Source: Escherichia virus TH40
Sequence record: MT446411.1
DNA: 64,000 bases
Reading direction: 5' to 3' (one strand)
The position numbers and the translations under genes are program-made. Of this stretch, positions 37,783 through 51,621 are shown piece after piece; within the stretch, counting starts at the first letter, position 1; every line of letters begins with the position of its first letter. A model generated the notes under the pieces. That model was not told where the DNA came from, did not search any database, and saw only the letters and a list, made by a program, of their open reading frames with translations.

Positions 37783-39332
37783 TGACAACGACTAACACGC
37801 TAAAACACATTAGCGATAAATCCGAATATAAAACATTCGACCCGACGGGAACAGCTTTCCCGTCGACTGTTACCAACGTACAAGAGGCTTTAGGGTCTCT
37901 TAATAAAATTGCGTTAGATGGATATATCCCAGCCTCATCCGAAACGACCGCAGGACTCATCAGGCTAGCCACCACACAAGAAGTTATTGATGGTATTAGT
38001 CCAGACTCTGCAGTTACTCCAGCGACCTTAAAAGCTCGTTTAGACATTCCTACGCAAGCTACAGAAACTTATGTAGGTATTACCCGTTATGCAACCAATG
38101 CCGAAGCAATTGCCGGGACAGTAACCGATGCGGCTATTGTTCCATCTTCATTAAAAGCAACAATTGATGATGTTTTTACTGTTCGTGTTGGTACCGAAAA
38201 TAATTTGGGTGTTCTTCGTATTAGTACCGAGGATGCAGCTTTAGCTGGCACAGATGACACAACCGCTATGTCTCCGTTGAAAGTTGCTCTGGCAATTGGC
38301 AAAGCAACAGCGGCGCTTCCAACTTATTCAACTGCCACACAAACTGTTTCTGGTTTAGTACGAATTGCTACAAATGCTGAAGTGCAAGCAGGAACCCTGG
38401 GTGACGGTGTAGCAATTTCTCCAGCAGGTTTAAATGCTCGTACAGCAACACAAGACCGCGCTGGGATTATTCGTCTTGGTAATCAGTCAGAGATTAATAA
38501 CAGTGCTGATGGTGTTGCGGTAACTGGCGCAACTCTTAATGGTCGTGGAGCCACAACCGATAATCGCGGCGTCGTTAGATTAACTACTCAGGCTGGGGTT
38601 GCTCCTGGTGGTGATGGTGCCGGTGCACTGGCTTGGAATGCTGATGTAATCAACACTCGTGGTGGTCAACGAATTAATGGAAGTCTTTTTTTAGATTATA
38701 TTTCCACCGGCAATTTTGATTCCAATACAGCTCATATGGGCGGTCAATTACTTTCTACACAGCGTTATGCTTCTGAACGGGTTCCAGTTGGAACGGTGAT
38801 GATGTTCGCAGGTGATAGTGCTCCTCCTGGCTGGATTATGTGTCACGGCGGCACCGTTAATGGTGACCAATTCCCTGACTATCGAAATACTGTTGGAACT
38901 CGTTTCGGTGGCGATTGGACCAACGTCGGTATTCCTGATATGCGTGGTTTGTTTGTTCGTGGTGCTGGTACCGGTGGACATATTCTGAATAACCGCGGTC
39001 AAGATGGTTATGGCAAAGACCGTTTGGGTGTTGGTTGTGATGGTTCATGGGTCGGTGGTGTACAAGCTCAGCAAATGTCATATCATAAACACGCGGGTGG
39101 TTGGGGTGAATACCAACGTAACGAAGCTCCATTTGGTGCATCAGTTTATCAAGGTTATCTAGGTACAAGAAAATATGCAGACTGGGATAACGCTTCATAT
39201 TTTACTAACGATGGATTTGAACTCGGTGGCGGCAGAGATGCTTTAGGTACGTTAAACCGTGAAGGTCTTATTGGTTATGAAACTCGCCCATGGAATATGT
39301 CTTTAAACTATATTATCAAAATTCATTACTAA
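37782..39332 (+). CDS. 12: short tail fiber protein gp12
   Basis: 516 aa, repetitive G/A/T-rich fibre sequence. Confidence 0.88.
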   Translation: MTTTNTLKHISDKSEYKTFDPTGTAFPSTVTNVQEALGSLNKIALDGYIPASSETTAGLIRLATTQEVIDGISPDSAVTPATLKARLDIPTQATETYVGITRYATNAEAIAGTVTDAAIVPSSLKATIDDVFTVRVGTENNLGVLRISTEDAALAGTDDTTAMSPLKVALAIGKATAALPTYSTATQTVSGLVRIATNAEVQAGTLGDGVAISPAGLNARTATQDRAGIIRLGNQSEINNSADGVAVTGATLNGRGATTDNRGVVRLTTQAGVAPGGDGAGALAWNADVINTRGGQRINGSLFLDYISTGNFDSNTAHMGGQLLSTQRYASERVPVGTVMMFAGDSAPPGWIMCHGGTVNGDQFPDYRNTVGTRFGGDWTNVGIPDMRGLFVRGAGTGGHILNNRGQDGYGKDRLGVGCDGSWVGGVQAQQMSYHKHAGGWGEYQRNEAPFGASVYQGYLGTRKYADWDNASYFTNDGFELGGGRDALGTLNREGLIGYETRPWNMSLNYIIKIHY

Positions 39333-39340
39333 GGACCAAA

Positions 39341-40966
39341 ATGATTAATAAACTCAGTCTCAAAGAACTGCCGTATAGCATCGGTATTCCAGACGAAGGT
39401 CAACAGAGAATTCGTTGGATACAAAACGGCGATTGTATGACTGCGGCCAGTACCAAATATGGTCATGATGGTAATTTGAACGCCGCTGCAGTTGGCGTTC
39501 AAACAAACGTAGATACACTCGACGACAACTCAAATGCATCTAAAGAAAAAATAAACGAAATTATTGATAACGTCAATAATATTCAGGAAGCTTTGAATAT
39601 AACAACTAACACGGAAGTTGTTAAACAAATTGAAAAAAACCGTACAGATATTCTTGACCTTGATGAACGTCAATTTAATACCGAATTGTTATCAAGCGAA
39701 ACATCTGAAGACCTTAAAAAGTTAAAAGAAGATGTTGGTGTTTATGACCCGTTAACCGATTCATATTATCGCACAGTTCGTAATGACCTCGTATGGATTA
39801 AAAATGAATTAGGCCAGTATGTTGACCAAGATATAAATGGTCTCCAGGTTATCGGCAATCCGTCAAGAGGCATGAAACGTCGCATCATCGATAACAGTTC
39901 GGCTATTGTTGCCCATGGAGTTCGTATTAAGACTCTTGAGGATAATTACCATGATTCTGATGTTGGTTCTCTTAACGTAAAAGTAATTAAAATTCGCGAA
40001 GAATTGGGTGAGTCGACTTTAGCAGTAGGTAAACCAGCTGTATTTGTTCGACTGAATACTCTTGACGACAAAGTAGTCGAAATTGACGAAGATATTGCCA
40101 ATATTCAAGAAGATATCGGTTTTGGCACCGGGCTTGCAATTACAACTCGCGTTGAAAATCTTGGTGGACGTGTTTCGGTCAATGAAACAGATATTGCGAA
40201 TATCAAACCAAGACTCACTAAGGTTGAAGCTGATATCGGCACCGCTCTGGAACCATTAACAATTAATGGTCGAATCAGTGCTTTGCGTTCGGATGTTAAT
40301 GGCTTACAGGTTGTTGTTGGCCAGGATTCAAGCTCTGGTTTACGCGGAACCACTGCATGGCTTTCTCAGAGAATCGGTACAGAGCAATCTCCGGAGCCAA
40401 ACACTATCACGTATAAGTTGAATGCGACCACTACACTGGCTAACGAAACTGCATCAGGCCTTCAGGATGTACAGGCCGAAATCGGTACAAATAACACTGG
40501 TATGAAAGGCTCTATTTTGACTTTAACTAGCCAGATGAATGGTACAAACCCTAACGGTGCTACCGTGGCTGAACGTGGTGTTCTTCCGGTTGTAATTAAC
40601 TTGGATATGCTGATGGCGTCCAAGCTGAACGACGCACCATTGGACAATAAGTTATATGGTCGCAAGCAAGGAAACTGGGCTGAAATTATCGATACCAAAA
40701 CCGAGATTGATGCAATTAAACTCGATACTGCAAAAATTGCACCATTAACCACTCGCGTGACAACCCTTGAAGGTACAGTAACTCCGCTCCCTGGTCGCCT
40801 GGATGTGGCCGAGGCGAAGATAACTACTTTAGAAGGTAAAGTATCAGCCTTAGAAACAGAGCTCGCCAAAAGGCCTCCTGTCGCTCCTGCAGCTGATGGT
40901 CTCCCTTATGTGCTCGTTGATAATGCATGGGTTCTTTTGTCTACATTCGTGACTGTTGGACCATAA
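39341..40966 (+). CDS. wac: fibritin (whisker antigen control)
   Basis: ATG at 39341 (AAGGA SD); coiled-coil body; ...IRWIQNG... N-terminus and foldon-like C-terminus PYVLVDNAWVLLSTFV. Confidence 0.88.
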   Translation: MINKLSLKELPYSIGIPDEGQQRIRWIQNGDCMTAASTKYGHDGNLNAAAVGVQTNVDTLDDNSNASKEKINEIIDNVNNIQEALNITTNTEVVKQIEKNRTDILDLDERQFNTELLSSETSEDLKKLKEDVGVYDPLTDSYYRTVRNDLVWIKNELGQYVDQDINGLQVIGNPSRGMKRRIIDNSSAIVAHGVRIKTLEDNYHDSDVGSLNVKVIKIREELGESTLAVGKPAVFVRLNTLDDKVVEIDEDIANIQEDIGFGTGLAITTRVENLGGRVSVNETDIANIKPRLTKVEADIGTALEPLTINGRISALRSDVNGLQVVVGQDSSSGLRGTTAWLSQRIGTEQSPEPNTITYKLNATTTLANETASGLQDVQAEIGTNNTGMKGSILTLTSQMNGTNPNGATVAERGVLPVVINLDMLMASKLNDAPLDNKLYGRKQGNWAEIIDTKTEIDAIKLDTAKIAPLTTRVTTLEGTVTPLPGRLDVAEAKITTLEGKVSALETELAKRPPVAPAADGLPYVLVDNAWVLLSTFVTVGP

Positions 40967-40971
40967 CAAAA

Positions 40972-40989
40972 GGGCTTCGGCCCTTTTTT
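40972..40989 (+). terminator. intrinsic terminator
   Basis: gggc-ttcg-gccc followed by tttttt after wac. Confidence 0.7.
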
Positions 40990-40991
40990 CG

Positions 40992-40999
40992 TATAAATA
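40992..40999 (+). promoter_or_regulatory. T4-type late promoter TATAAATA
   Basis: exact motif upstream of gene 13. Confidence 0.6.
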
Positions 41000-41017
41000 C
41001 AGTAAAGAGGAAAACAT

Positions 41018-41956
41018 ATGGCAACTGAATCATACAACCCGAAACAATTAAAAGATGCAATCCTTCGACGTCTTGGTGCTCCAATTACGAATATCGAAGT
41101 TACGACCGAACAGGTCTATGATTGCATCCAGCGTGCATTAGAATTATATGGTGAATATCATTATAATGGTTATAACAAAGGTTATCAGGCTTTTTATATC
41201 GGTCATGATGACGTTTCACAGCAGAAATTTCGCGATGGCGTTTTCGATTTAAAAGGCCGTAATATTTTTGCAGTAACGCAGATTATTCGTACTAACGTCG
41301 GTTCATTAACTTCGATGGATGGTCAAGCTACATATCCATGGTTCACAGATTTTGTTCTAGGACTGGCCGGGATTAACGGTGGAATGGGTAGCTCATGTAA
41401 CAGCTTTGGTCCAAATGCTTTTGGTGCAGACCTTGGTTATTTTACACAGCTTATGCAATATCGTTCAATGATGCAAGACCTGATGGTTCCGCTTCCGGAT
41501 TACTGGTATAATGACGATACTGAACAACTTAAAATTATGGGTAACTTCCGACAGGGAGATGTGATTGTAATTGAAGTTTATACCAAATCGTATAACGGCG
41601 TGGATTCAATGGTAGGCAATACAGCTGGATATGGTTTTGCTTCGGCCGATTGTGATAATCCGTGGAATGCTGGCGCACAGTGGGATAACCCGGCGCGCAG
41701 AATAAGCGGCATGAGAGCAGGTGAGGACCTTGGACTTCAAGATGGCGCATACAACAACCGTTGGGTGAAAGACTATGCCACGGCGCTCGTTAAGGAAGTT
41801 AACGGCAACGTATTGGCTAAACACCAGGGGATGATGATGCCAGGTGGTACCACGGTTGATGGTGTTCGTTTAATTGAAGAAGCTCGTATGGAAAAAGAAC
41901 GTCTTCGTGAGGAACTTGACCTGCTGGATGCACCGGCTGGAATACTAATTGGGTGA
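41018..41956 (+). CDS. 13: neck protein gp13
   Basis: 312 aa (T4 gp13 309 aa). Confidence 0.88.
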   Translation: MATESYNPKQLKDAILRRLGAPITNIEVTTEQVYDCIQRALELYGEYHYNGYNKGYQAFYIGHDDVSQQKFRDGVFDLKGRNIFAVTQIIRTNVGSLTSMDGQATYPWFTDFVLGLAGINGGMGSSCNSFGPNAFGADLGYFTQLMQYRSMMQDLMVPLPDYWYNDDTEQLKIMGNFRQGDVIVIEVYTKSYNGVDSMVGNTAGYGFASADCDNPWNAGAQWDNPARRISGMRAGEDLGLQDGAYNNRWVKDYATALVKEVNGNVLAKHQGMMMPGGTTVDGVRLIEEARMEKERLREELDLLDAPAGILIG

Positions 41957-41959
41957 TTA

Positions 41960-42595
41960 ATGACTACTTACTATAGACTTTATGTATCAACATTTGAAAC
42001 ATCTAATGGGATAATGGTATATGGCGGTAAACGCCATTCACATTATGAAGATTCTAAAGCGGATAGTTATTTCGGTTCTGGTACTATTGTCAAGCGAGCT
42101 AAACAAAAATACGGAAGGAAATGTTTAGTCGACATTACATGGTCTAAACCTTTTGAATCGCCTGCCCTATTAAAAGAAGCCGAAGCCTTACTAGTCAGTG
42201 AGCTTTTAGAAAGTTTCGATAATTGTGCAAATTTACATCCAACAGGGGGAGGCGGACCAGAAGGTTATAGTTGTCCAGAAGATTCCCCTGCCTTTGGTAA
42301 AAAGAGAACAGCAGAATCAAGAAAACGAATGTCAGACGCAGCAAAACAAAGGGAATGGTCAGAAGAAGGATTAAAACGTCGTAAAGAATCAACAGCTCGA
42401 ATGTGGATTGATTTTAAGGACAGACATCCAGATTTTTCTGATGATAAAAATCCGGCCGCGCGTAAAATTATTACCGGCGACCTAGAATTTTGTACCGGAA
42501 GAAAATGTGCAGAATATTATTCGATAACACCGGCGACGGTCATTTACAGATGTAAAAGTACAGCCGAAAAATGGAAATTATGGAATTATGCGTAA
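41960..42595 (+). mobile_element. freestanding GIY-YIG-family homing endonuclease gene (Seg / I-TevI-like)
   Basis: 211 aa; N-terminal YRLYV...NGIMVYGG...YFGSG (GIY-YIG-like), NUMOD-like basic linker, C-terminal [34 protein letters not shown] aligning with I-TevI DNA-binding tail FDCAADAARHFKISSGLVTYRVKSDKWNWFYI; inserted between genes 13 and 14. Confidence 0.6.
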
Positions 42596-43376
42596 TTCTT
42601 ATGATGCAAGCTTATTCGCTCGGCTCGAAGATGGAACCGGGTATGACAATACAAACTCGTCAGAGATACTCAACCAATATGTAAACTTTATGCATCATGA
42701 AAATACCCAGACTTTAGCAGATGCTATTGTTGCTGAAAGTATTCAGATGCGCGGAATGTCTCTCTATTATATCCCAAGACAATTCGTTAAACCGGATTTA
42801 TTATTCGGTGAAGACCTCCAGAGTAAATTTGATAAAGCATGGAAATTTGCTGGATATCTGGATACGTTCGATGCATATCAGGGTGATGGTTCTATCTTTA
42901 GTAAATTCGGTATGACTGTGAACGATGAAATTACAATATCGATTAACCCTAATCTGTTTAAACACCAATGTAACGGAACTGAACCTATCGCCGGGGATTT
43001 GATTTATTTCCCTCTTGATAACAGCCTGTTCGAAATTACATGGGTGCAACCTTATGACCCATTCTATCAGGTAGGTCAAAATGCTATCCGTAAAATCACC
43101 GCGAGCAAATACATTTACTCCGGGGAAGAACTTAAACCTGAATTGCAACGGAATGAAGGTATTAATATTTCAGAATTCAGCGAGCTCGATTTACAACCAA
43201 TCCACAATATTGATGGCCTTACAGATATCAGCGATATCCCTTATGCTGAATCCAATGAGATTAACGCAGAAGCAGCTGAATATGTTAAACCATATTTTGT
43301 GCAGAATGGTCGTGGACTTGAGGCTCCACCTAAGGCAAAACAGGATAGCTTTGACGATAGTTTCTTTGATGAATAA
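42588..43376 (+). CDS. 14: neck protein gp14
   Basis: 262 aa (T4 gp14 256 aa). Confidence 0.85.
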   Translation: MRNSYDASLFARLEDGTGYDNTNSSEILNQYVNFMHHENTQTLADAIVAESIQMRGMSLYYIPRQFVKPDLLFGEDLQSKFDKAWKFAGYLDTFDAYQGDGSIFSKFGMTVNDEITISINPNLFKHQCNGTEPIAGDLIYFPLDNSLFEITWVQPYDPFYQVGQNAIRKITASKYIYSGEELKPELQRNEGINISEFSELDLQPIHNIDGLTDISDIPYAESNEINAEAAEYVKPYFVQNGRGLEAPPKAKQDSFDDSFFDE

Positions 43377-43419
43377 ATACATTTATTAATGCGCCCGAAC
43401 TGGGCGCCTGGAGGTTACT

Positions 43420-44291
43420 TTGTTTGGGCATTTTTATAATTCGTCTCTGCGTCGCTATATCGTTTTAATGGGCGATTTATTTTCCCATGTACAAGTGGCC
43501 AGAACCAGAGAAGACACTGGACTTAAATATATTAAGGTCCCTATTTCTTATGCTTCAAAAGAAAAATTCATGATGCAGCTTGGAAAATGGACCGCTATTC
43601 AGAATACACCGACTCCTGACATGTCACCACAAGAACGTGCTGCTCAGAAGGCTAAAATCGAGACCGTATTGCCCCGTATGAACCTGCATATGGTTGACTT
43701 GATGTATAACGGGCAATATAAAACGGCTCTCCAGAATCACACACAGGCGCGATTTGCTAATAACGACCCTCGCAAGCAGATATCTCAATATTCTCCTGTA
43801 CCGGTCAAAATGATTTTCGAGCTTGGAATATATACAAGGCATCAAGATGATATGTTCCAGATTATCGAACAAATCATGCCTTACTTCCAACCACATTTTA
43901 ATACAACTATCACCGAACTTTACACGAATGAAATTACATTCGAACGTGATATAAGAATCGTATTGCAGTCAATTGCTATGGATGAGCAAATTGAAGGTGA
44001 TGCAATGACTCGTCGTAGACTCGAATGGTCCATTATGTTCGAAGTTAACGGTTGGTTATATCCACCGGTCAAGGAAGTAGCCGGGGAAATCCGTACTATC
44101 TATCTTGACTTCTTTGCAAATTCCAGAGAGCTTGCACCGGAGGGCAATTTCGAATCTGTTGACTCGGAAGCTGTTCCACGAGACGTCGACCAAGAAGACT
44201 GGCAAGGTGAATCTGTTCAAACATATTCGCAGGATATTCCTGTACCGGTTGACCCAGCGCCGCCAGCCCCAAGAAAAAATAGGGTACCACT

Positions 44292-44295
<4 letters not shown>
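43420..44295 (+). CDS. 15: tail sheath stabiliser / tail completion protein gp15 (TTG start)
   Basis: (M)[24 protein letters not shown] matches T4 gp15 MFGYFYNSSFRRY...; initiation codon is TTG preceded by GGAGG. Confidence 0.85.
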
Positions 44296-46602
<2,307 letters not shown>

Positions 46603-46631
46603 AAGTAAAGCAAACTATTAGAGGACTCAAA

Positions 46632-48611
46632 ATGGCTTTATTATCCCCGGGCATTGAGCTCAAAGAAACAACGGTACAAAGCACTGTTGTTCGTAACGCG
46701 ACGGGTCGTGCGGCGCTGGTTGGTAAATTCCAGTGGGGCCCAGCTTTCCAGGTAACTCAAATTACAAACGAAGTTGAACTTGTTGATTTGTTTGGTGGTC
46801 CGAATAATGAAACAGCAGATTACTTTATGAGTGGGATGAACTTCCTGCAATATGGTAACGACCTCCGTACTGTACGTGTTGTTAACCGTGACGAAGCTAA
46901 AAACGCATCCCCTATTGCTGGCAATATTGAAACTACCATCGTAACTGCTGGTACAAACTATGCTGTCGGTGATGTTATTCAGGTTAAACACAACCAGACT
47001 GTTGTTGAACCGGCTGGCCGTGTGACCAAGGTCGACGTTGATGGTAAAATTCAGGCAATCTTTATTCCTACCGATAAGATTATTGCATTTGCCAAAACTA
47101 TTAACCAGTATCCTAATTTAGGTAGTGCATGGACTGCAGAAGTTACGACCACTTCTTCCGGTGTATCTGGTACCATCACTGTTGGGAAAATTGTTACCGA
47201 TTCTGGCATTCTGTTGACTGAAGCAGAAAACAGTGAAGAAGCAATTACTTCTCTGGAATTCCAGGCATCACTGGCAAAATATGCAATGCCGGGTGTTGTT
47301 GCTCTTTATCCAGGCGAAATCGGTTCGACTCTGGAAGTTGAAATCGTATCTAAAGCTGAATTTGAAAAAGGCGCAGCTGCAAATCTGAATATTTTCCCGG
47401 GCGGCGGAACGCGTGCTTCTGTGGCTCGTGCCGTGTTTAACTATGGCCCTCAGTCTGAAAACCAATATGCAATTATCGTTCGCCGCGATGGTGCAATCGT
47501 CGAAAACGTTGTTTTGTCTACCAAGCAGGGCGAAAAAGATGTTTACGGTAATAACATTTATCTGGATGACTACTTTGCAAAAGGTACTTCCAACTACATC
47601 TATGCAACATCTCGCAACTGGCCTGTAGGCTTCAGTGGTATCATCAATCTGTCTGGTGGTATTTCTGCAAACGATAAGATTACCGCTGGTGATTTGATGC
47701 AAGGTTGGGACCTGTTTGCTGACCGTGAAGCACTGCATATTAACCTGCTTATCGCTGGTGCAGTAGCTGGTGAAGGTGATGCGACCGCTTCCACTGTTCA
47801 GAAACACGTGGTTTCTATTGCTGACGAACGTCAGGATTGTCTGGCATTTATTTCCCCGCCGAAAGGTCTGTTGGTTAACGTTCCTCTGACCCGTGCAGTG
47901 GATAACCTGATTGACTGGCGTACAGGTGCTGGCGCATTTGATACTGATAACATGAATATCAGCACGACTTATGCAGCGATTGATGGCAACTATAAATATC
48001 AGTATGATAAATATAATGACGTTAACCGTTGGGTTCCTCTGGCAGCTGATATGGCTGGTCTGTGTGCTCGTACTGATGATGTTTCTCAGCCTTGGATGTC
48101 TCCGGCTGGTTATAACCGCGGTCAGATTCTGAACGTTCTGAAATTGGCTGTTGAACCACGTCAGACCCAACGTGACCGCATGTATCAAGAAGCTATCAAC
48201 CCGGTTGTTGGTTTCGCAGGTGGTGATGGTTTTGTTCTGTACGGTGATAAGACTGCAACTAAAGTTCCATCTCCGATGGACCATATTAACGTTCGTCGTC
48301 TTACGAATATGCTGAAGAAAAATATCGGTGATGCATCCAAATATAAACTGTTTGAGCTTAACGATAACTTCACTCGTGCATCATTCCGTATGGAAACTTC
48401 TCAATACTTGGATGGTATTCGTGCACTTGGTGGCATTTATGAAGGTCGTGTAGTTTGTGATACTACTAACAACACCCCGTCGGTCATAGACCGAAATGAG
48501 TTTGTTGCTAGCATTTATTTTAAACCTGCGCGCAGCATCAACTACATCACTCTTAATTTCGTAGCCACTAGCACTGGTGCTGATTTTGATGAGCTGATTG
48601 GGCCACAATAA
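46632..48611 (+). CDS. 18: tail sheath protein gp18
   Basis: 659 aa, same as T4 gp18; N-terminus M-x-LLSPGIELKETTVQSTVV. Confidence 0.95.
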   Translation: MALLSPGIELKETTVQSTVVRNATGRAALVGKFQWGPAFQVTQITNEVELVDLFGGPNNETADYFMSGMNFLQYGNDLRTVRVVNRDEAKNASPIAGNIETTIVTAGTNYAVGDVIQVKHNQTVVEPAGRVTKVDVDGKIQAIFIPTDKIIAFAKTINQYPNLGSAWTAEVTTTSSGVSGTITVGKIVTDSGILLTEAENSEEAITSLEFQASLAKYAMPGVVALYPGEIGSTLEVEIVSKAEFEKGAAANLNIFPGGGTRASVARAVFNYGPQSENQYAIIVRRDGAIVENVVLSTKQGEKDVYGNNIYLDDYFAKGTSNYIYATSRNWPVGFSGIINLSGGISANDKITAGDLMQGWDLFADREALHINLLIAGAVAGEGDATASTVQKHVVSIADERQDCLAFISPPKGLLVNVPLTRAVDNLIDWRTGAGAFDTDNMNISTTYAAIDGNYKYQYDKYNDVNRWVPLAADMAGLCARTDDVSQPWMSPAGYNRGQILNVLKLAVEPRQTQRDRMYQEAINPVVGFAGGDGFVLYGDKTATKVPSPMDHINVRRLTNMLKKNIGDASKYKLFELNDNFTRASFRMETSQYLDGIRALGGIYEGRVVCDTTNNTPSVIDRNEFVASIYFKPARSINYITLNFVATSTGADFDELIGPQ

Positions 48612-48645
48612 TTATCATCGCTTAGAATGAATTAATCAGTTAGAA

Positions 48646-48696
48646 ACCGTAGAACCATTATACAGTGGTATAAATAAAAGCATAATCGGTTCTACG
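48646..48696 (+). promoter_or_regulatory. late promoter TATAAATA (48669-48676) inside the loop of a 10-bp perfect inverted repeat
   Basis: ccgtagaacc ... gtggTATAAATAaaag ... ggttctacgg. Confidence 0.5.
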
Positions 48697-48755
48697 GGCT
48701 CCTGTGGTTGATTCTGGGAAGCCATTATCTTGAGATGATGAATCATATTACCTAG

Positions 48756-48763
48756 TATAAATA
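48756..48763 (+). promoter_or_regulatory. T4-type late promoter TATAAATA
   Basis: exact motif about 50 nt upstream of gene 19 ATG. Confidence 0.6.
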
Positions 48764-48815
48764 CATGCATCAGGGACGCGTTCGCGCGACCTGTGTCTAT
48801 AAAGAGGATTCCTTA

Positions 48816-49307
48816 ATGGAGTTGACCGATATCACACGCGCTTTCGAATCCGGCGACTTTGCTCGCCCTAACCTGTTCGAAGTCGAAATCCCATTCCTGG
48901 GTAAAAACTTTGCTTTCCATTGTAAAGCAGCCCCGATGCCAGCAGGCATTGTAGAAAAAGTTCCTGTCGGCTACATGAACCGTAAAATCAACGTTGCGGG
49001 CGACCGTACATTTGATGACTGGACTATTACGATTTATAACGACGATGCTCATAAAGTTCGTCAAGCAATTGTTGATTGGCAAAACCTGTGTCACGGTATG
49101 ACTAACGAAATCACCGGTGCAGCTCCTGCTGATTATAAGAAAACCGCTACTGTCCGCCAGTTCCATCGTGATGGTAAGACCGTTACGAAAGAAGTTGTTA
49201 TTACCGGCATGTGGCCAACCAACGTTGGGGAAGTCCAGATGGATTGGGACTCCAATAATGAGATTGAGACGTTCGAAGCAACGTTCGCAATTGACTGGTG
49301 GGAATAA
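48816..49307 (+). CDS. 19: tail tube protein gp19
   Basis: From ATG 48816: MELTDITRAFESGDFARPNLFEVEIPFLG matches T4 gp19; track start 48765 is an extension. Confidence 0.92.
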   Translation: MELTDITRAFESGDFARPNLFEVEIPFLGKNFAFHCKAAPMPAGIVEKVPVGYMNRKINVAGDRTFDDWTITIYNDDAHKVRQAIVDWQNLCHGMTNEITGAAPADYKKTATVRQFHRDGKTVTKEVVITGMWPTNVGEVQMDWDSNNEIETFEATFAIDWWE

Positions 49308-49308
49308 G

Positions 49309-49316
49309 TATAAATA
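49309..49316 (+). promoter_or_regulatory. T4-type late promoter TATAAATA
   Basis: exact motif right after gene 19 stop, upstream of gene 20. Confidence 0.6.
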
Positions 49317-49326
49317 AAGTTATTAT

Positions 49327-49346
49327 GAGGCTTCGGCCTCATTTCC
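49327..49346 (+). terminator. hairpin, weak terminator or 5'UTR structure
   Basis: gaggc-ttcg-gcctc followed by atttccc (poor T-run). Confidence 0.35.
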
Positions 49347-49364
49347 CAAACTTCGGAGACTCTA

Positions 49365-50939
49365 ATGGCAGGTTTTAACACAATACTAAATTTTCTTAAG
49401 CCTTGGGCTAAAGAAGATGAACAAGAATATAAGCAACAAGAAAAAAATAATTTAGAGTCAATGACCGGGCCGAAGTTTGACGATGGGGCTCGCGAAATTG
49501 AGTCACAAGAACAAAACGTCCCGTATAATGCATTGATGCAACAGATGTTCGGGAGTAATGAACCTGAAGTAAAAAATACCAGGGAATTAATTGACACTTA
49601 CCGCAACTTACTAAATAATTATGAAGTTGATAACGCGGTGCAAGAAATTGTGTCTGATGCTATCGTTTTTGAAGACGGTAAAGATGTTGTATCTCTTAAC
49701 CTTGATGCTACCGAATTTAGTCAGAAAATTAAAGACCGAATCCTCGAAGAATTCTCGGAAGTTAATAACCTCCTTAATTTCGAGCGTAAAGGTTCTGACC
49801 ACTTTAAACGTTGGTATGTGGATTCTCGAATTTTCTTCCACAAAATTATCAACCCAGCAAAACTTAAAGATGGGGTCCAAGAACTTCGTCGCCTTGACCC
49901 AAGACAAATCCAGTTCATCCGTGAAATCGTTACACGCATGGAAAATGGTACAAAAATTGTCGACGGTTACAGAGAATATTTTGTATACGATACTGGCCAT
50001 GAAAGTTATTGTGCCGATGGTCGTATATATGAAGCGGGTACTAAAATAAAAATTCCTCGTGCGGCGATTGTATATGCGCATTCTGGATTACTCGATTGCT
50101 GTGGTAAGAATATCATCGGATACTTACAACGAGCAATTAAACCTGCAAACCAATTAAAACTATTAGAAGATGCTTTAGTCATTTATCGTATAACTCGTGC
50201 ACCAGACCGCCGAGTCTTTTATATCGATACCGGGAATATGCCGTCTCGTAAAGCAGCAGCACACATGCAACATATTATGAATACGATGAAAAACCGTGTC
50301 GTATATGATGCAACCACGGGTAAAATCAAAAATCAACAGCACAACATGTCTATGACAGAAGACTATTGGTTGCAACGTCGTGATGGTAAAGCAGTCACCG
50401 AAGTTGATACTCTCCCGGGCGCGCAAGGCATGTCGGATATGGACGATGTTCGCTGGTTTAAGAACAACCTATATCAGGCTCTCCGAATTCCATTATCTCG
50501 TATCCCTAATGACCAAAACAGCGGCGTTATGTTTGATGCGGGCGCGACAATTACTCGCGATGAATTGAATTTCTCTAAATGGATTAGGCAGCTACAGAAT
50601 AAATTTGAAGAAGTTTTCCTCGACCCGCTTAAAACCAACCTTATCCTGAAAAAAATTATTTCAGAAGAGGAATGGGAAAAGGAACTAAATAATATTAAAG
50701 TTACGTTCAACCGTGATAGCTATTTCACTGAAATGAAAGACGCAGAAATCATGGAACGCAGAATCAATATGCTAACGATGGCTGAACCGTTTATCGGTAA
50801 ATATATTTCGCATCAAACGGCTATGAAGGACTTCCTCCAGATGTCTGATGAAGAAATTAATCAAGAAGCTAAGCAAATTGAATTGGAGTCCAAAGAGGCT
50901 CGTTTCCAAAACCCTGAAGAAGAAGAAGAGGATTTCTAA
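49365..50939 (+). CDS. 20: portal vertex protein gp20
   Basis: 524 aa, same as T4 gp20. Confidence 0.92.
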   Translation: MAGFNTILNFLKPWAKEDEQEYKQQEKNNLESMTGPKFDDGAREIESQEQNVPYNALMQQMFGSNEPEVKNTRELIDTYRNLLNNYEVDNAVQEIVSDAIVFEDGKDVVSLNLDATEFSQKIKDRILEEFSEVNNLLNFERKGSDHFKRWYVDSRIFFHKIINPAKLKDGVQELRRLDPRQIQFIREIVTRMENGTKIVDGYREYFVYDTGHESYCADGRIYEAGTKIKIPRAAIVYAHSGLLDCCGKNIIGYLQRAIKPANQLKLLEDALVIYRITRAPDRRVFYIDTGNMPSRKAAAHMQHIMNTMKNRVVYDATTGKIKNQQHNMSMTEDYWLQRRDGKAVTEVDTLPGAQGMSDMDDVRWFKNNLYQALRIPLSRIPNDQNSGVMFDAGATITRDELNFSKWIRQLQNKFEEVFLDPLKTNLILKKIISEEEWEKELNNIKVTFNRDSYFTEMKDAEIMERRINMLTMAEPFIGKYISHQTAMKDFLQMSDEEINQEAKQIELESKEARFQNPEEEEEDF

Positions 50940-51193
50940 TGGATGATTTATTTGAAGCCATTAAATCAAACGACCTCGTAGCCGTTCGCAAATATTTTGC
51001 TGAAAACATTGGCCCAGTATGCGGTAGTTTGATTGAAGAACGTAAGATTGAAATTGCACGTTCCATCATGATTGAAGGCGAAGAGCCTAAAGAAGATGAT
51101 GAAGACGGTAAAGCAGAAAAGAAAGACAAAAAAGAATCTGATGACGCTGACGAAGGCGACGATGACGAAGATGATGATGAGGACGATGAATAA
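50939..51193 (+). CDS. 67: prohead core protein gp67
   Basis: 84 aa with poly-acidic C-terminus, between 20 and 68 as in T4. Confidence 0.8.
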   Translation: MDDLFEAIKSNDLVAVRKYFAENIGPVCGSLIEERKIEIARSIMIEGEEPKEDDEDGKAEKKDKKESDDADEGDDDEDDDEDDE

Positions 51194-51621
51194 TGTTTAT
51201 TATCCCTGATGATTACGAATTAACTCTTGAAAACATTGAAAGTGTTTCCGAAGAAGCTCAGGGACAATTTGATTCATTATCTGAAGCCTTAGAAAAAGAC
51301 GATATAAATATTATTGTAGAAAACATGTTTGCAGCCGGTGAATATGAAAAAGCAACGGTTATCGGCGCGCTGAATGAAGGTGTTCAGCTTAACGAATTTA
51401 TCGTTAAACATGTATCGTCTCGCGGCGAGTTAACCCGCACAAAAGACCTAGCTACTCGTAAGCGTAATGCTTTCCAAACAACTGGTCTTTCTAAAGCTAA
51501 ACGTCGTCAAATTGCCCGTCTGGCTACTAAAACAAAAAGAGCAAACCCATCTACGCAAATCAGAGCAGAGCGCAAGCGCAAAAAAGCTCGAGCTAAGCGT
51601 AAAGCATTCGGACTTGATTAA
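51193..51621 (+). CDS. 68: prohead core protein gp68
   Basis: 142 aa, position as in T4. Confidence 0.8.
   Translation: MFIIPDDYELTLENIESVSEEAQGQFDSLSEALEKDDINIIVENMFAAGEYEKATVIGALNEGVQLNEFIVKHVSSRGELTRTKDLATRKRNAFQTTGLSKAKRRQIARLATKTKRANPSTQIRAERKRKKARAKRKAFGLD

Noticed and set aside
47268-48284. 338-aa minus-strand ORF
   Set aside because: Lies entirely antisense within tail sheath gene 18, with Cys/Arg-rich low-complexity translation; antisense artefact.
48765-48815. Upstream extension of gene 19
   Set aside because: Conserved gp19 N-terminus starts at ATG 48816; the extension would cover the late promoter region.
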